Source: Cellulosilyticum sp. (lineage in GTDB: Bacteria; Bacillota; Clostridia; Lachnospirales; Cellulosilyticaceae). Taken from it: a stretch of 62,253 nt of DNA. Below the pieces are notes generated by a model, which did no database searches, was not told the origin of the DNA, and was given only the letters and a program-made list of their open reading frames with translations. How positions within the stretch are numbered: position 1 is the stretch's first letter; every line of letters begins with the position of its first letter. The translations under genes were made by a program, and so were the position numbers. Location of the stretch: contig JAFOHG010000006.1 in assembly GCA_017421915.1 (NCBI GenBank), forward strand, positions 1-62,253, read 5' to 3'. Positions 62,253 through 62,253 of the stretch are shown here, in pieces.

Positions 62253-62253
62253 T

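Overview
AT-rich core-chromosome segment from a spore-forming, low-GC Clostridia-class bacterium (the taxonomy is inferred from protein style and gene order, not from a search). Nearly all genes lie on the minus strand. In transcription order: polA (partial), coaE, a family-5 ABC solute-binding lipoprotein broken by one in-frame TAA, then GalT-like / FtsA-like with ubiquitin-fold repeats / ACT / DUF711 / pepD / AI-2E transporter. Next come T-box-controlled tyrS (+), glgX, RNA-modification genes, argF, a candidate sRNA, serC-serA, an orphan HATPase and rnfCDGEAB. These are followed by maf-radC-mreBCD-minCDE-rodA-mgsA, a radical SAM pair, rng, rplU-prp-rpmA-obg-yhbY, a nadD::yqeK fusion, rsfS and dac (+). 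The window ends with comEA-RR-HK-GerMN-comEC-holA, rpsT (+), gpr-spoIIP-lepA-hemW and CIRCE-hrcA-grpE-dnaK (partial). I saw no mobile elements, CRISPR arrays, rRNA or tRNA. The best leads are: (1) an MtrAB-LpqB-like three-component signalling cassette inside comE; (2) the GalT-like plus actin-fold/ubiquitin-repeat operon; (3) an unannotated structured sRNA with an anti-RBS seed; (4) a NadD-Ap4A hydrolase fusion; (5) a mini SpoIVFA-like protein lacking the M23 domain and spoIVFB; (6) the nonsense-interrupted binding protein. All family calls come from motif recognition by eye, with no database searches run.
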